64,000 nt of DNA from Candidatus Versatilivorator sp. Its GTDB lineage: Bacteria; Acidobacteriota; Terriglobia; Versatilivoradales; Versatilivoraceae. The number at the start of each line of letters is the position of its first letter. The stretch's first letter is position 1. The position numbers and the translations under genes were made by a program. The stretch is from the NCBI GenBank assembly GCA_965207735.1, contig OZ242296.1, positions 640,001 to 704,000 on the forward strand, given 5' to 3'. The notes beneath the pieces are model-generated. The model saw only the letters and a program-made list of their open reading frames with translations. It did not search any database and was not told where the DNA came from. Positions 28,959-38,209 of this stretch are shown one piece after another.

Positions 28959-29212
28959 CCCGCATTTTTCACCAGGGGGCATGATCATGGCGCAGGGTTT
29001 TTCCCTTCGACGCGTGCTCGCGACCGAAGAGCGTAGCGGTCACTACGCGCGAGGGAGCATGTGCGCGCTGAAGGGAAAAAGACAAGCCAGGGCATGCCCA
29101 GCGCCGTCTGTTACCCACAAGCCCTTACAATGGAGCCAATCAACGTACTGAAGACGTACTGAAGATAAACTGCTTTTCGGCATGGCAACAGCGACCTGGT
29201 GAGAAATGCGGG
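28959..29212. mobile_element. IS1380-type MITE A (254 bp)
   Basis: Ends CCCGCATTT(T/C)TCACCAG match the IS1380 IR at 50340; CTAG on both flanks; no ORF; internal hairpin. Confidence 0.85.
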
Positions 29213-29262
29213 CTAGCCCGATGCCGTCGGGCCTTTGACGATGCGCGGGACTTTGGGGGTGG

Positions 29263-29649
29263 TCAAAGCAGTTGGATCGGCCCTGGGTAGCGCGCGACGA
29301 CTTCGTCCGCCGTCAAAAGCGTAAGCCCTTCGATCTGGGCCTGCGCGATCAAGATGCGGTCGAACGGGTCCTTATGTATGGGTGGAAGCAGATCCACGGC
29401 CGCCGCGTGAGCGCCGCTTACCGGCAATTCCACATAACCGTTCTCCAGCAACCCCCGGCGCAGCAGGCGCGGGTCGGCCCTGAACTCCTCTCGCCCGAGC
29501 CCCCTCTTGATGGCTACCTCCCAAATCGAAGCGGCGCTATAGACCAACTCGTTCTCCGGATCTTCTATCAGCGCACGCGCATCGGCCGACAATTGACGCG
29601 ACGCGCCCGCTGCCCAAAGTAAAACATGTGTGTCGAGAAGGAGATTCAA
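29263..29649 (-). CDS. vapC: VapC PIN-domain toxin
   Basis: LLLDTHVLLW, SAASIWE, HKDPFDRILIAQA. Confidence 0.92.
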   Translation of the reverse strand: MNLLLDTHVLLWAAGASRQLSADARALIEDPENELVYSAASIWEVAIKRGLGREEFRADPRLLRRGLLENGYVELPVSGAHAAAVDLLPPIHKDPFDRILIAQAQIEGLTLLTADEVVARYPGPIQLL

Positions 29650-29891
29650 CCGTCACCTTCGAACAGGGCTTCGATCTCTTCGGAGCCCATGCGGTCGAAA
29701 TCCTTGGGCACCGAGATTTTTCCGGCCATGAATCCGACCCGACGGGTGGCCCCGGGCCCCGGCGCTTCCACGGCGACGACTTTGACGACGGGCTTGCCCG
29801 CGCGCGCAATAATGAACGGCTCGCCATTTGCGGCTGCCTCGACGAGACGTGAGAGATGGGTCTTGGCTTCGTGCATGTTGAATGTACGCAT
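29646..29891 (-). CDS. Phd/YefM antitoxin
   Basis: NMHEAKTHLSRLVE..GE.FIIARAGKP; overlaps the toxin start. Confidence 0.92.
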   Translation of the reverse strand: MRTFNMHEAKTHLSRLVEAAANGEPFIIARAGKPVVKVVAVEAPGPGATRRVGFMAGKISVPKDFDRMGSEEIEALFEGDG

Positions 29892-30330
29892 GACCTGACT
29901 CCTTGAGCTTAGTCTATATAACTTAGTTCATCATGACAAGCTCCCACAACCGCCGTCTTGGATTGTCAATGAACACGAATAGGGATGGTAAGGTGGAGCG
30001 TATCCGGCGGGCAACTTCTCTGAAAGCCGACCAGCGCCTTTTGGGAAACTCCCGTTTGTCCGCTTTCTTGATTTCGAGTCTTGACGATCCGGAGTTGATC
30101 CCCCTGGCGTCGCGTTGACCGGATGTAGGCAGATAGCGCGGAACTTGTGCGACACGTTCGGGAGTCAACGCCTTGCAGGCTTTCAGTGTTCTGCTCTTTT
30201 TGTGTTTTTGTGCCTTTTGTGGCCATTCCCGGCAAGGGTCCCGCTGCTGAATTTTGCAAAAGGCTCGAGAGTGAAACAATCGGAAATCGACAATCCCTTC
30301 GTGAACTTGGAACCCCGTCGCGGCCAACCT

Positions 30331-30981
30331 CAGCGCCTTAGTGGCCCTTCGTCGTTCTTCGTGCCCCTTCGTGGATAAGTCTTTTGTCTTTTTTAGGTTG
30401 TTTCAGACAAGTCCCGCCTCCGCCGTGCCAGGCGGATCATTCAGAGGAGAAACAGCCAGCTGTTTGCGTTTTGGAAAGAGACAGGATTAATAGGACCAGA
30501 GGCCGCTGCACGGGACGCTGACTGGGAATCGGGGCGTTGGGCACGGCCAAGGCCCGCCACGGGGAAGATCAATCGAGAAGGACTAAGAATTGAACATGGA
30601 TGCACAGAATGCACAGGATTGACAGGACGAGAGCTTCCTGCACCAGAAGCCAACTCGGGCCATGATCCGGTGCGGATTTGCGGATTCCCGGCAGTAGAAG
30701 CCAGCCGTTTCCTGAAGAATCCTGCGAATCCTGTGCATCGATGTTAATGATCTCCTTAAATCACGATGGGGTCGGAAGCCCCCCACTGGCTCGGCCGCGG
30801 TCCTTGTTGCTTCTTCGCGGACAAATCCTCTTTGTCCCTTGTGTCCTTTGTTGACCCCCTTGCCGACCTTCGCCCCATCCCTCTTGGGCCTTCTCCAGCG
30901 CCTTGGTGTTCCTTCGTCGTTCTTCGTGCCCCTTCGTGGAAATGTCTTTTTCTTTTGTCTTTTTAGGTTGTTTCAGACAAG
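30331..30981 (+). repeat. Two ~80-bp direct repeats (30331-30411, 30896-30981) in a repeat-rich intergenic region
   Basis: CAGCGCCTT..CCTTCGTCGTTCTTCGTGCCCCTTCGTGGA..TTTTAGGTTGTTTCAGACAAG present in both copies. Confidence 0.85.
30591..30747. repeat. Imperfect ~30-bp inverted repeat with 9-nt periodicity (GCACAGGAT)
   Basis: 30591-30620 versus 30718-30747. Confidence 0.7.
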
Positions 30982-31075
30982 CCTCTTCCACAGAGGCCTT
31001 CCGATGCGATATTTTGAGGCGGAGCGGCAACCGCGGCGCGGCCGGTCCGGATTCCGGAACGGGGGAAGGGAAGCG

Positions 31076-31366
31076 ATGGCTCTGGTTGAAATTGTGCTGA
31101 ACGGGGAGGCCAGAAAGCTGAAGGCCGGAACCACGGTGGAGGATCTGGTCCGGGACCTGGGCTTGGTTCCGGGCCGTCTGGCGGTCGAATACAACCTCCA
31201 AATCCTCAAAAGGAAGCGTTGGGCGGCCACTGCACTGAACCAAGGGGATCGACTTGAGATTGTTCACTTTGTAGGTGGAGGCGCAAGCACCGGTCCGCGG
31301 TTGCAACGGCAGCTTCATCAGGTCGGTCCCAACCAGCGAGAGGCATCGTCACATGCAATGGATTGA
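31076..31366 (+). CDS. thiS: Sulfur carrier ThiS with a C-terminal extension
   Basis: IVLNGE...LAVEYN...GDRLEIVHFVGGG followed by 27 extra residues. Confidence 0.8.
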   Translation: MALVEIVLNGEARKLKAGTTVEDLVRDLGLVPGRLAVEYNLQILKRKRWAATALNQGDRLEIVHFVGGGASTGPRLQRQLHQVGPNQREASSHAMD

Positions 31367-31694
31367 AGTACTCGGCAAACAGGAATTTTCCTCTGAGAAA
31401 ATGAAGAAGGTCAGCCTTTTCGACACGGCCAACCTTTTTTGCGATCTCTATTGTCTTCGCCCCGGACAGTCTCAGAAGCCCCATACCCATCAGGGCGCCG
31501 ACAAGATCTATTTCGTTCTTCAGGGACGGGGCACGTTCTTGGTTGGAGAGGAAGAGAAGGTGCTTGAGGCCGGAGAGATCGTGCTGGCTCCTTCCGGAGC
31601 TGTCCACGGAGTGACCAACAACTCCCCGCAGGCCCTCAACCTGCTGGTGGTGATGGCTCCCAACCCGAACCGGCAACCCGGACGTGCCCGGTAG
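31353..31694 (+). CDS. Cupin-domain protein
   Basis: GQSQKPHTH..DKIYFVLQGRG, APSGAVHG. Confidence 0.85.
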   Translation: MQWIEVLGKQEFSSEKMKKVSLFDTANLFCDLYCLRPGQSQKPHTHQGADKIYFVLQGRGTFLVGEEEKVLEAGEIVLAPSGAVHGVTNNSPQALNLLVVMAPNPNRQPGRAR

Positions 31695-31766
31695 ACGAGG
31701 GACCACTGGCTATTTGCATTGATCAAGCCTGTTGACAGCAGCACCCGGGGATGACCACGATTTACC

Positions 31767-33356
31767 TCATTTCGACCGCAATCTTCTCCTGATCGACTCC
31801 AGCGCCTGGTCCAGCTCCGGCACCCCGATGAGCCTGCAGCAGAGCCCGTAGATTGAGACTCCGGCCGCTATCGAGAGGGCAAGGATCAGGGCTTTTCCGA
31901 CAAAGGCGACCGGCAGGAATACGGCGGCCATCCACTGGTAGAGAGCGAACGTACCCAGCGCCATCACCAGAGAAGCTCCCAGGACCTTCAGGAAAGTGTT
32001 CAGAATCTTTGCCGACTGCAGGGCCCCGGCGGTCTTCTGCAGCCAGTGGTAGAGAAGAATAGCGTTGAGTAGGGCTGCCAGGGAGGTGACCAGCGCCAGC
32101 ACCCGGTAGCCCATGCCCACGCGCTCGATGAGCAACAAATTGGCGGTGACGCTCAGGGCCAGGGTTGCGGCGCTTATCAGAACCGGGATGCGGGGCCTGT
32201 CGAGCGCATAGAAGGCGGGCACCATGAGCTTGATCACCGAGTAGGCAGCCAGCCCCAGAGCGTAGTAGATGAGCACCCATCCGGTCTCCAGGGTGTCCGC
32301 GGCGGTGAATCGTCCTCGTTCATAGATCAGGGCCACCACCGGATGGCTGAGGCAGATGAGTCCCAGGGATGCCGGCACGTTGAAGAACAGAGAGAGACGT
32401 AGAGACGTGGAAAGAGTGTCGCGAAGTTGCCGGTTCCGATGGTGTGCGGCGTGGGCGGAGAGGGTGGGCAGAGCTGCCGAAGCGATGGCCACGCCGAAGA
32501 TGCCAATGGGCAAATACATCAGACGAAAGGCGGCGTTGAGCCAGCTTACGGCTCCCTCCTGCTGGTAGCTTGCCAGCCAGGTGTTCACCAGGAGATTGAC
32601 CTGGGTAACCGCCAGGCCAAAGGTTCCCGGACCCATCAGCAGCAGGATCTTCTTGAGGCCCGGATGTTCGAAGGAAACCCCCATGGTGTACTGAAATCCG
32701 AGTTTGGAGAGGGAAGGGAACTGGACCGCCACTTGCAGAGCCCCGCCGACGATCACCCCGACGGCCATTCCAACCACCGGATCGACGCCATAGGCCGGCA
32801 GAAGCCAGTACAGAGATAGGGCCACCACAATGGATCCCAGGTTGAAAGTGGCCGGCGCCAGGGCCGGAATGAAGAATTTGCCGTGGCAATTCAGCACTCC
32901 CATGGCGACGGCGGCCAGGGCCACCAGCAGCAGGAAGGGCAACATGATCCGGGTCAACAGGACGGTGAGCTCGAACTTGCCGGGTTGGTTGCCGAAACCG
33001 CCGGCAATGGTTTCCACGATCCAGGAAGCATTGAAGATTCCCAGCAGGACAATCAAACCCAGCACGACCACCAGGAAGTTGATGACCAGGGAGGCCAGAC
33101 GCCAGGCGGCCTGGGGCCCCTGGCGTTGAAGGGTCTTGGTGAAGGTGGGCACGAAAGCCGCACTCATGGCCCCTTCGGCAAAAAGATCCCTCAGAAGGTT
33201 GGGGATTCTGAATGCGACGTAGAAGGCGTCGGTTTGAAGGCGGGTGAACAGGGCCAGCAGAAGGGTTTCCCGCACCAGGCCCAGGATCCTGCTGATGATG
33301 GTCGCAAGGCTGATCAGCCCGGCGGATTTGACTAGCGGAGGGGGCTCATGGGTCAT
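31767..33356 (-). CDS. murJ: Lipid II flippase MurJ (MviN)
   Basis: SRILGLVRE, AFRIPNLLRDLFAEGA, multiple TM segments. Confidence 0.95.
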   Translation of the reverse strand: MTHEPPPLVKSAGLISLATIISRILGLVRETLLLALFTRLQTDAFYVAFRIPNLLRDLFAEGAMSAAFVPTFTKTLQRQGPQAAWRLASLVINFLVVVLGLIVLLGIFNASWIVETIAGGFGNQPGKFELTVLLTRIMLPFLLLVALAAVAMGVLNCHGKFFIPALAPATFNLGSIVVALSLYWLLPAYGVDPVVGMAVGVIVGGALQVAVQFPSLSKLGFQYTMGVSFEHPGLKKILLLMGPGTFGLAVTQVNLLVNTWLASYQQEGAVSWLNAAFRLMYLPIGIFGVAIASAALPTLSAHAAHHRNRQLRDTLSTSLRLSLFFNVPASLGLICLSHPVVALIYERGRFTAADTLETGWVLIYYALGLAAYSVIKLMVPAFYALDRPRIPVLISAATLALSVTANLLLIERVGMGYRVLALVTSLAALLNAILLYHWLQKTAGALQSAKILNTFLKVLGASLVMALGTFALYQWMAAVFLPVAFVGKALILALSIAAGVSIYGLCCRLIGVPELDQALESIRRRLRSK

Positions 33357-33385
33357 CAGGGCAACCGCCGGGGGTTGAGTGCAAG

Positions 33386-34402
33386 TTACTTCATCAGGTC
33401 TTCAACTTTTCGTTGAAGTTGTCTGAGAGACTTGTTCATTTCCGGCAGCTTGGCGAAGAGCGCCGAACACTTCAACCAAAGTCGGTTGTCAATGGCGGGA
33501 TAGCCCGAGACCAGTTTGCCTGGTGCGACGTCGGAGGGGATTCCAGTCTGGGCGGTCGCGATGGCGCCGTCGCCAATTCGGCAATGGCCGGCCACCCCGA
33601 CCTGACCGGTCAAGATCACGTTGTCGCCGACATCGGTGCTTCCGGCCAGACCGACCTGGGCACAAAGAAGGGTGTCCCGGCCCACCTTCGATCCGTGCCC
33701 TACCTGGACGAGATTGTCGACCTTGGCGCCCTTGCGGATGCGGGTCTCGCCAACAGCGGCCCGGTCCACGGTGGCGTTGGCCTGGACCTCCACCTCATCT
33801 TCCAGAACCACGGCTCCGGCCTGAGTGATCTTGGCGTAGCTTCCGTCCTCCCGCTTGGCAAAGCCATAGCCGTCGGCGCCGATGACGACGCCATTCTGCA
33901 GGATCACCCCGTTGCCAATGGAGCAGTTCTCGCGAACGCAAGCGTGGGAGTGCGCCGTGAAATCGTGGCCGATAGTGACCCCGGAATAGATCACGACATG
34001 AGGATGCAGAACGACGTTGTCCCCGATGACCGCATCCCTGTCGACAATGACATAGGGGCCGATCGAAGGATTGCTGCCGATCACCGCGTTGTCGGCAATG
34101 ACTGCCGTCCCGTGGATGCCCCGCGGCGCAACCGGGGGACTGTAGAACAGATCGATCGATTGGGCAAAACTCAAATAGGGGTCTCTGGAGCGGAGCGTGC
34201 TGATGGTCAAGGGCGGAAAGTCCCTGGACACGATGATGGCCGAAGCCTGGGTGGAGCGAAGTTTCTTCTGGTACTTGCGATTCGCGAGGAAGGTCAGCTC
34301 GCCGGGCCGGGCTTCGTCAATGGGGGCGACGCCGCTGATCAGCAGATCGCCGTCCCCCTCGAGGTCGCAGTTCAGAGCCTTGGCAATCTCGGCTAGAGTC
34401 AT
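33386..34402 (-). CDS. lpxD: UDP-3-O-acyl-glucosamine N-acyltransferase
   Basis: Hexapeptide repeats, GADGYGF, DNLVQVGH. Confidence 0.95.
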   Translation of the reverse strand: MTLAEIAKALNCDLEGDGDLLISGVAPIDEARPGELTFLANRKYQKKLRSTQASAIIVSRDFPPLTISTLRSRDPYLSFAQSIDLFYSPPVAPRGIHGTAVIADNAVIGSNPSIGPYVIVDRDAVIGDNVVLHPHVVIYSGVTIGHDFTAHSHACVRENCSIGNGVILQNGVVIGADGYGFAKREDGSYAKITQAGAVVLEDEVEVQANATVDRAAVGETRIRKGAKVDNLVQVGHGSKVGRDTLLCAQVGLAGSTDVGDNVILTGQVGVAGHCRIGDGAIATAQTGIPSDVAPGKLVSGYPAIDNRLWLKCSALFAKLPEMNKSLRQLQRKVEDLMK

Positions 34403-34483
34403 GGTGGGCAGGCTCAGGGACGCTTCCGGCAAAGGCTGAAATTATATTACGATAACAGTGGCGTCAAGGAAACGGGTGCTTCA

Positions 34484-35626
34484 ATGTTCAGCGAAATTTC
34501 GGGATTCATCAACTACCTTACGGTTGAAAAAGGACTTTCCAGAAACACCTTGGCCGCCTACAAGTCGGATTTGGCAAAGCTCCAGCAATTTCTGGAAAAG
34601 CGGAAACTCTCGTTGGCATCTTTGACTCCGAGCCAGCTGCAGGATTTTGTTCAGACACTTCAGCAGGACGCCGGCTCCGCTTCAAGAGTTCTGTCCGAGC
34701 TCCAGAAATATCTGAAGAAGCGGAAACTGTCTCCGGCATCTTTGACTCCGAGTCGGCTGCAGGATTTTGTTCAGACACTTCAGCAGGACGCCGGCTCCGC
34801 TTCAAGAGTTCTGTCCGAGCTCCAGAAATATCTGAACAAGCGGAAACTGTCTCTGGCATCTTTGACTCCGAGCCAGCGGCAGGAATTCATCCGGAAGCTT
34901 CAACTCGACGCCCGCTCCATTTCAAGAATTCTGTCGGCGGTTCGCGGCCTTTGCCGTTGGATGGTCCTGGAGGGAAGGCGAACCGAGGACCCGTCCGAGA
35001 ACCTGGAATTGCCGAAAGTCTGGAAAAGGCTGCCAGGGGTTCTGTCCTTGAAACAGGTGGAAGCCCTGCTGTCCCAGCCCGACCGAAAGAAGCCCCGCGG
35101 CCCCAGAGACAAGGACGTATTACTTAGAGACAAAGCCATGCTGGAAGTGCTCTACGCGACGGGTCTGCGTGTTTCGGAGCTGGTGTCTCTGGAAGTCAGG
35201 GACCTGCATAGCGATCGCGACCGGGGGTACCTGCACTGTCAGGGAAAGGGTGGAAAGGTGCGGGCCGTTCCCCTGGGCAACTCAGCCAAGGAGGCATTGG
35301 AGCAGTACATGGAGCACGCCCGGCAGAGTTTGCTCAAGGGGAAGGGTTCTTCCCTGATCTTTGTCACCAACCGAGGGCGGGGGATGACCCGCCAGGGGTT
35401 TTGGAAGATGATCCGGCGTTACGGAGAACTGGCGGGGATCCGGTCGTCTCTCAAGCCCCATGCCTTGCGCCATTCCTTTGCGACCCATCTCTTGCAGCGG
35501 GGGGCCGACCTGCGGGCGGTGCAGATGATGCTCGGTCACTCCGATCTCTCCACCACCCAGATCTATACCCATGTATTGAAAGAGCGCCTGAAAGGGATCT
35601 ACCGAGAGCACCACCCCAGGGCCTAG
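34484..35626 (+). CDS. xerD: Tyrosine recombinase XerD with an internal 40-aa triplication
   Basis: GLSRNTLAAYKSDL, ATGLRVSEL, MTRQGFW, PHALRHSFATH, LGH, TQIYTHV, HHPRA end. Confidence 0.9.
   Translation: MFSEISGFINYLTVEKGLSRNTLAAYKSDLAKLQQFLEKRKLSLASLTPSQLQDFVQTLQQDAGSASRVLSELQKYLKKRKLSPASLTPSRLQDFVQTLQQDAGSASRVLSELQKYLNKRKLSLASLTPSQRQEFIRKLQLDARSISRILSAVRGLCRWMVLEGRRTEDPSENLELPKVWKRLPGVLSLKQVEALLSQPDRKKPRGPRDKDVLLRDKAMLEVLYATGLRVSELVSLEVRDLHSDRDRGYLHCQGKGGKVRAVPLGNSAKEALEQYMEHARQSLLKGKGSSLIFVTNRGRGMTRQGFWKMIRRYGELAGIRSSLKPHALRHSFATHLLQRGADLRAVQMMLGHSDLSTTQIYTHVLKERLKGIYREHHPRA
34578..34937 (+). repeat. 120-bp tandem repeat x3, in frame inside xerD
   Basis: Units start AGCTCCAG at 34578, 34698 and 34818. 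Confidence 0.93.
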
Positions 35627-37206
35627 GAGTCTGCGCCGCAGGACGATTTCGGAAAGTTCAAGAGCGAGAGGCTACTGCGCAAGGCCGGTTCCAAGGAGTG
35701 CTTGGGAGCCGCTTGGGCGTTGATAGAGTCTCAAGAGCCCTGTGGGCTCCCACAATGGGCGGTTGAGGACCTCCGTGGTCCTGGGTATTGGGTGGAAATC
35801 CCTTGCTTCAGGCTGCCATCAGCGCACTCATCCTCTTGATGTTGAGGGCCAGACACACCAAGTCCCACTCCCCCTGCACTGACTGCAAGCCCCGCAGACT
35901 GAACCGTCGGAATCCCAGCCCCTCCTTGATCCACCCATGAGGGGCTTCGGCAATCCACTTCCTCCGCCGATACTCCACCTGACCGGCTAGGCTGGCCAGC
36001 TTCTTCCTCATACGACTCTTGGCCGGATGCTTCCTGGGATCGATCTCTACCGCCCGCTTCCCCTCGCGCCCCAGCGCAACATAACCGTCCACTCCTCTCT
36101 CTTCCAGGGCCTGCAAGTCCGCCTCATTGCAGTAGCCCGCATCCGCCAGCACCTGTTTCGGTATCTCCTGGAAGCTCTCCTCCACCTCCTCCAGCAACTC
36201 CATCATCTGCCCCTGATCGCTCGCCTGCGCCGTTACCTCGGTGGCCACAATGATCTGGTGCTCTCCGTCCACCGCCACCTGCGCGTTGTAGCATTGCTGG
36301 AACCCCTCGGTGGAAGTCTTCATGATCCGGCTTTCCGGATCGGTGAAATTACTCTGCGCCTTCTCCTCCGGTTCTCCGTAGGCCCGCTTGTAGGGCCGTC
36401 GTGCTTTCGGGTTGCGGTCCTGTCCCGGTTTGCGCCCCCGCTCCTCATCGGCCTCCCGCTGGGCCGCCTCCAGCCGCTGCTTGGCCGCCTCGATCGCCGC
36501 CAGCCGGTCCTCCCGCCGACGCAACTCCTCGGGCAACTCGTCCCCACGCCGGTCTTCCCCGTAGCGCTCATCTTCCTCCCGGTCCTCCCGCCGCGCCTGC
36601 TTCAACAACTCTTCGATCTCTTCCCTCAGTTGCCGCTCCCGCTCCCGCATCCGACCGTAGCTCATCGCCTTGCGCCGGCTCGCGTTCGCCCGCACCTTCG
36701 TCCCGTCGATCCCCAATCGCCCCAACCCCACCATCCCCATCTCCCGCGCCAAACGCACCACTTGCACCAACAGCCGCTTGAAGTCCTTCAAGTGCCGCCG
36801 GCGAAACTCGCACAGCGTCCGATGCTGCGGAAAGTTCCCCGCCGCCAGCATCCGAAACGCCACGTCCTCCTCCAGCTTCCTGGCAATCTTGCGCGACGAG
36901 AACACCCCCGTCGCATAGGCGTAGATCAATACCTTCACCATCATCCCCGGCTCATAGGGCGAGTTGCGCCTCCCGTCCTCTTCATACCGCCGGTAGAACG
37001 CTCCCAACTCCAGCCCATCCACCAACTCGCTCACCTGATGCGCCAAGTGTCCTTCCGGTACCCACTCCCGCAGGTCCGGCGGCAGCATCAACAACTGCTT
37101 CGGTTCATACGGGCGAAACCTCGTCCCCATTCACCACCTCCCATGATCTCTCTAAGCCCGTTATTCTATCATTCAGCCCTGCCTGGGTTTTCTGCGGCGC
37201 AGACTC
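35627..37206 (-). mobile_element. IS1182-family element copy 2 (1580 bp), inverted relative to copy 1
   Basis: Same IRs; CTAG duplication (35623-35626, 37207-37210). Confidence 0.93.
35808..37130 (-). CDS. IS1182-family transposase
   Basis: Near-identical to 27451-28773. Confidence 0.95.
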   Translation of the reverse strand: MGTRFRPYEPKQLLMLPPDLREWVPEGHLAHQVSELVDGLELGAFYRRYEEDGRRNSPYEPGMMVKVLIYAYATGVFSSRKIARKLEEDVAFRMLAAGNFPQHRTLCEFRRRHLKDFKRLLVQVVRLAREMGMVGLGRLGIDGTKVRANASRRKAMSYGRMRERERQLREEIEELLKQARREDREEDERYGEDRRGDELPEELRRREDRLAAIEAAKQRLEAAQREADEERGRKPGQDRNPKARRPYKRAYGEPEEKAQSNFTDPESRIMKTSTEGFQQCYNAQVAVDGEHQIIVATEVTAQASDQGQMMELLEEVEESFQEIPKQVLADAGYCNEADLQALEERGVDGYVALGREGKRAVEIDPRKHPAKSRMRKKLASLAGQVEYRRRKWIAEAPHGWIKEGLGFRRFSLRGLQSVQGEWDLVCLALNIKRMSALMAA

Positions 37207-37210
37207 CTAG

Positions 37211-38209
37211 CCCGCATTTCTCAGTGCGCCATGGAAAGGCGCCTTCTTCCAACGGGTGCGAAACCCGTCCAACAACTGTCGCTCCGGTTGGTAGCAGCCA
37301 GGGCGGATCATGGAGGTAACGATATGGTCTGAAGCCCTCTGGTGTCAAAGGGCCGCTTAAGGCGGTTCAGCGAGCATGCGGGCCGGAACGCGAGTGAACG
37401 TCGAGCAGGCCTCGAAACGGGCAATGCGGGGGCCGACCCACCTGAGAAATGGGGAAGGCCGAAGACGGAGGGGGAAGCGAGCGACGCGGGCACCCCTTTG
37501 GACCCGCCGGGGTAGTGGCGCTGGCACGCATGGAAGGGGAAGAAGGCAGCAACATGGGAAGCCCTGTGGGTGGTGAGGCACGCACCGAACCGGAAGCTCG
37601 CGAGAGTCAGTCTAGGCCGACAGGGTGGCGGAGAGGCCTGTAGTACCGGAGAAGCCGGGTAATACCGGTGGAGGGAAGGGGCCTCAGGTGAGGAGCGGTG
37701 ACCGAAGGGGGAAGGGTCCCGGGAGTGGCGAAAGCCTGAAACCCCGACCAAAAAAGGGCCGGAGACTCCGGAAGCATCACATGCAAAAGTGAAAGGGTCG
37801 TCGGAGGAGGACGGCGTCGTCAGGGCATCAACAGGCCTGGCGGCAACCCGGGAGCGGAAGTGGATGGAGTGGGGGACGGGTGCCAATCCCATAGGAGTCG
37901 TCCACGGATGCGAGCGGGGACCTGTGTGCGAGACGCATGATCCCACTGGAGAGCCGAGATGCGGGAAAACCGCACGTCCGGTTCGGAGAGCGGGGACTGG
38001 AAACGTGATAAGGGAGCCGGACTGAGGCCCGAAGCGAAAGCGACGGAATAGCCACCGGACCCTATAGTCAACGCGCCAGTCCTCGACTCTACCCAAGGGG
38101 CATGCCCAGAGCTGTCTGTTACCCGCAAGCCCTTACCAGAGAGCCAATCAAAGTACTGAAGATAAACTACTTTTCGTCATGGCACCAGCGACCTGGCGAG
38201 AAATGCGGG
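37211..38209. mobile_element. IS1380-type MITE B (130 bp without the intron), interrupted by a group II intron in its left IR
   Basis: CCCGCATTTCTCA|intron|CCAAGGGGCATG...GGCGAGAAATGCGGG; body homologous to the 3' part of MITE A; flanks CTAG/CTAA. Confidence 0.82.
37224..38092 (+). ncRNA. ORF-less group II intron copy 1 (869 nt)
   Basis: 5' GTGCG; domain V GAGCCGAGATGCGGGAAAACCGCACGTCCGGTTC (37951-37984, AGC triad); domain VI with bulged A38086; 3' AC; EBS1-like loop TGAGAAA at 37443-37449. Confidence 0.92.

Noticed and set aside
30034-30266. MITE bounded by IS5-like IRs
   Set aside because: The left end matches only 14/18, there is no target duplication, and it overlaps the local CAGCGCCTT repeat; treated as a solitary IR.
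29930-31010. CRISPR array (also considered for the xerD repeats)
   Set aside because: No regular repeat-spacer periodicity and no cas genes; the xerD units are in-frame coding repeats.
37308-38096. 262-aa and 306-aa ORFs (also 51889-52809) overlapping the duplicated segment
   Set aside because: They are antisense to the group II intron, have no RT (YADD) or other motifs, and are open only because of GC-rich structured sequence.
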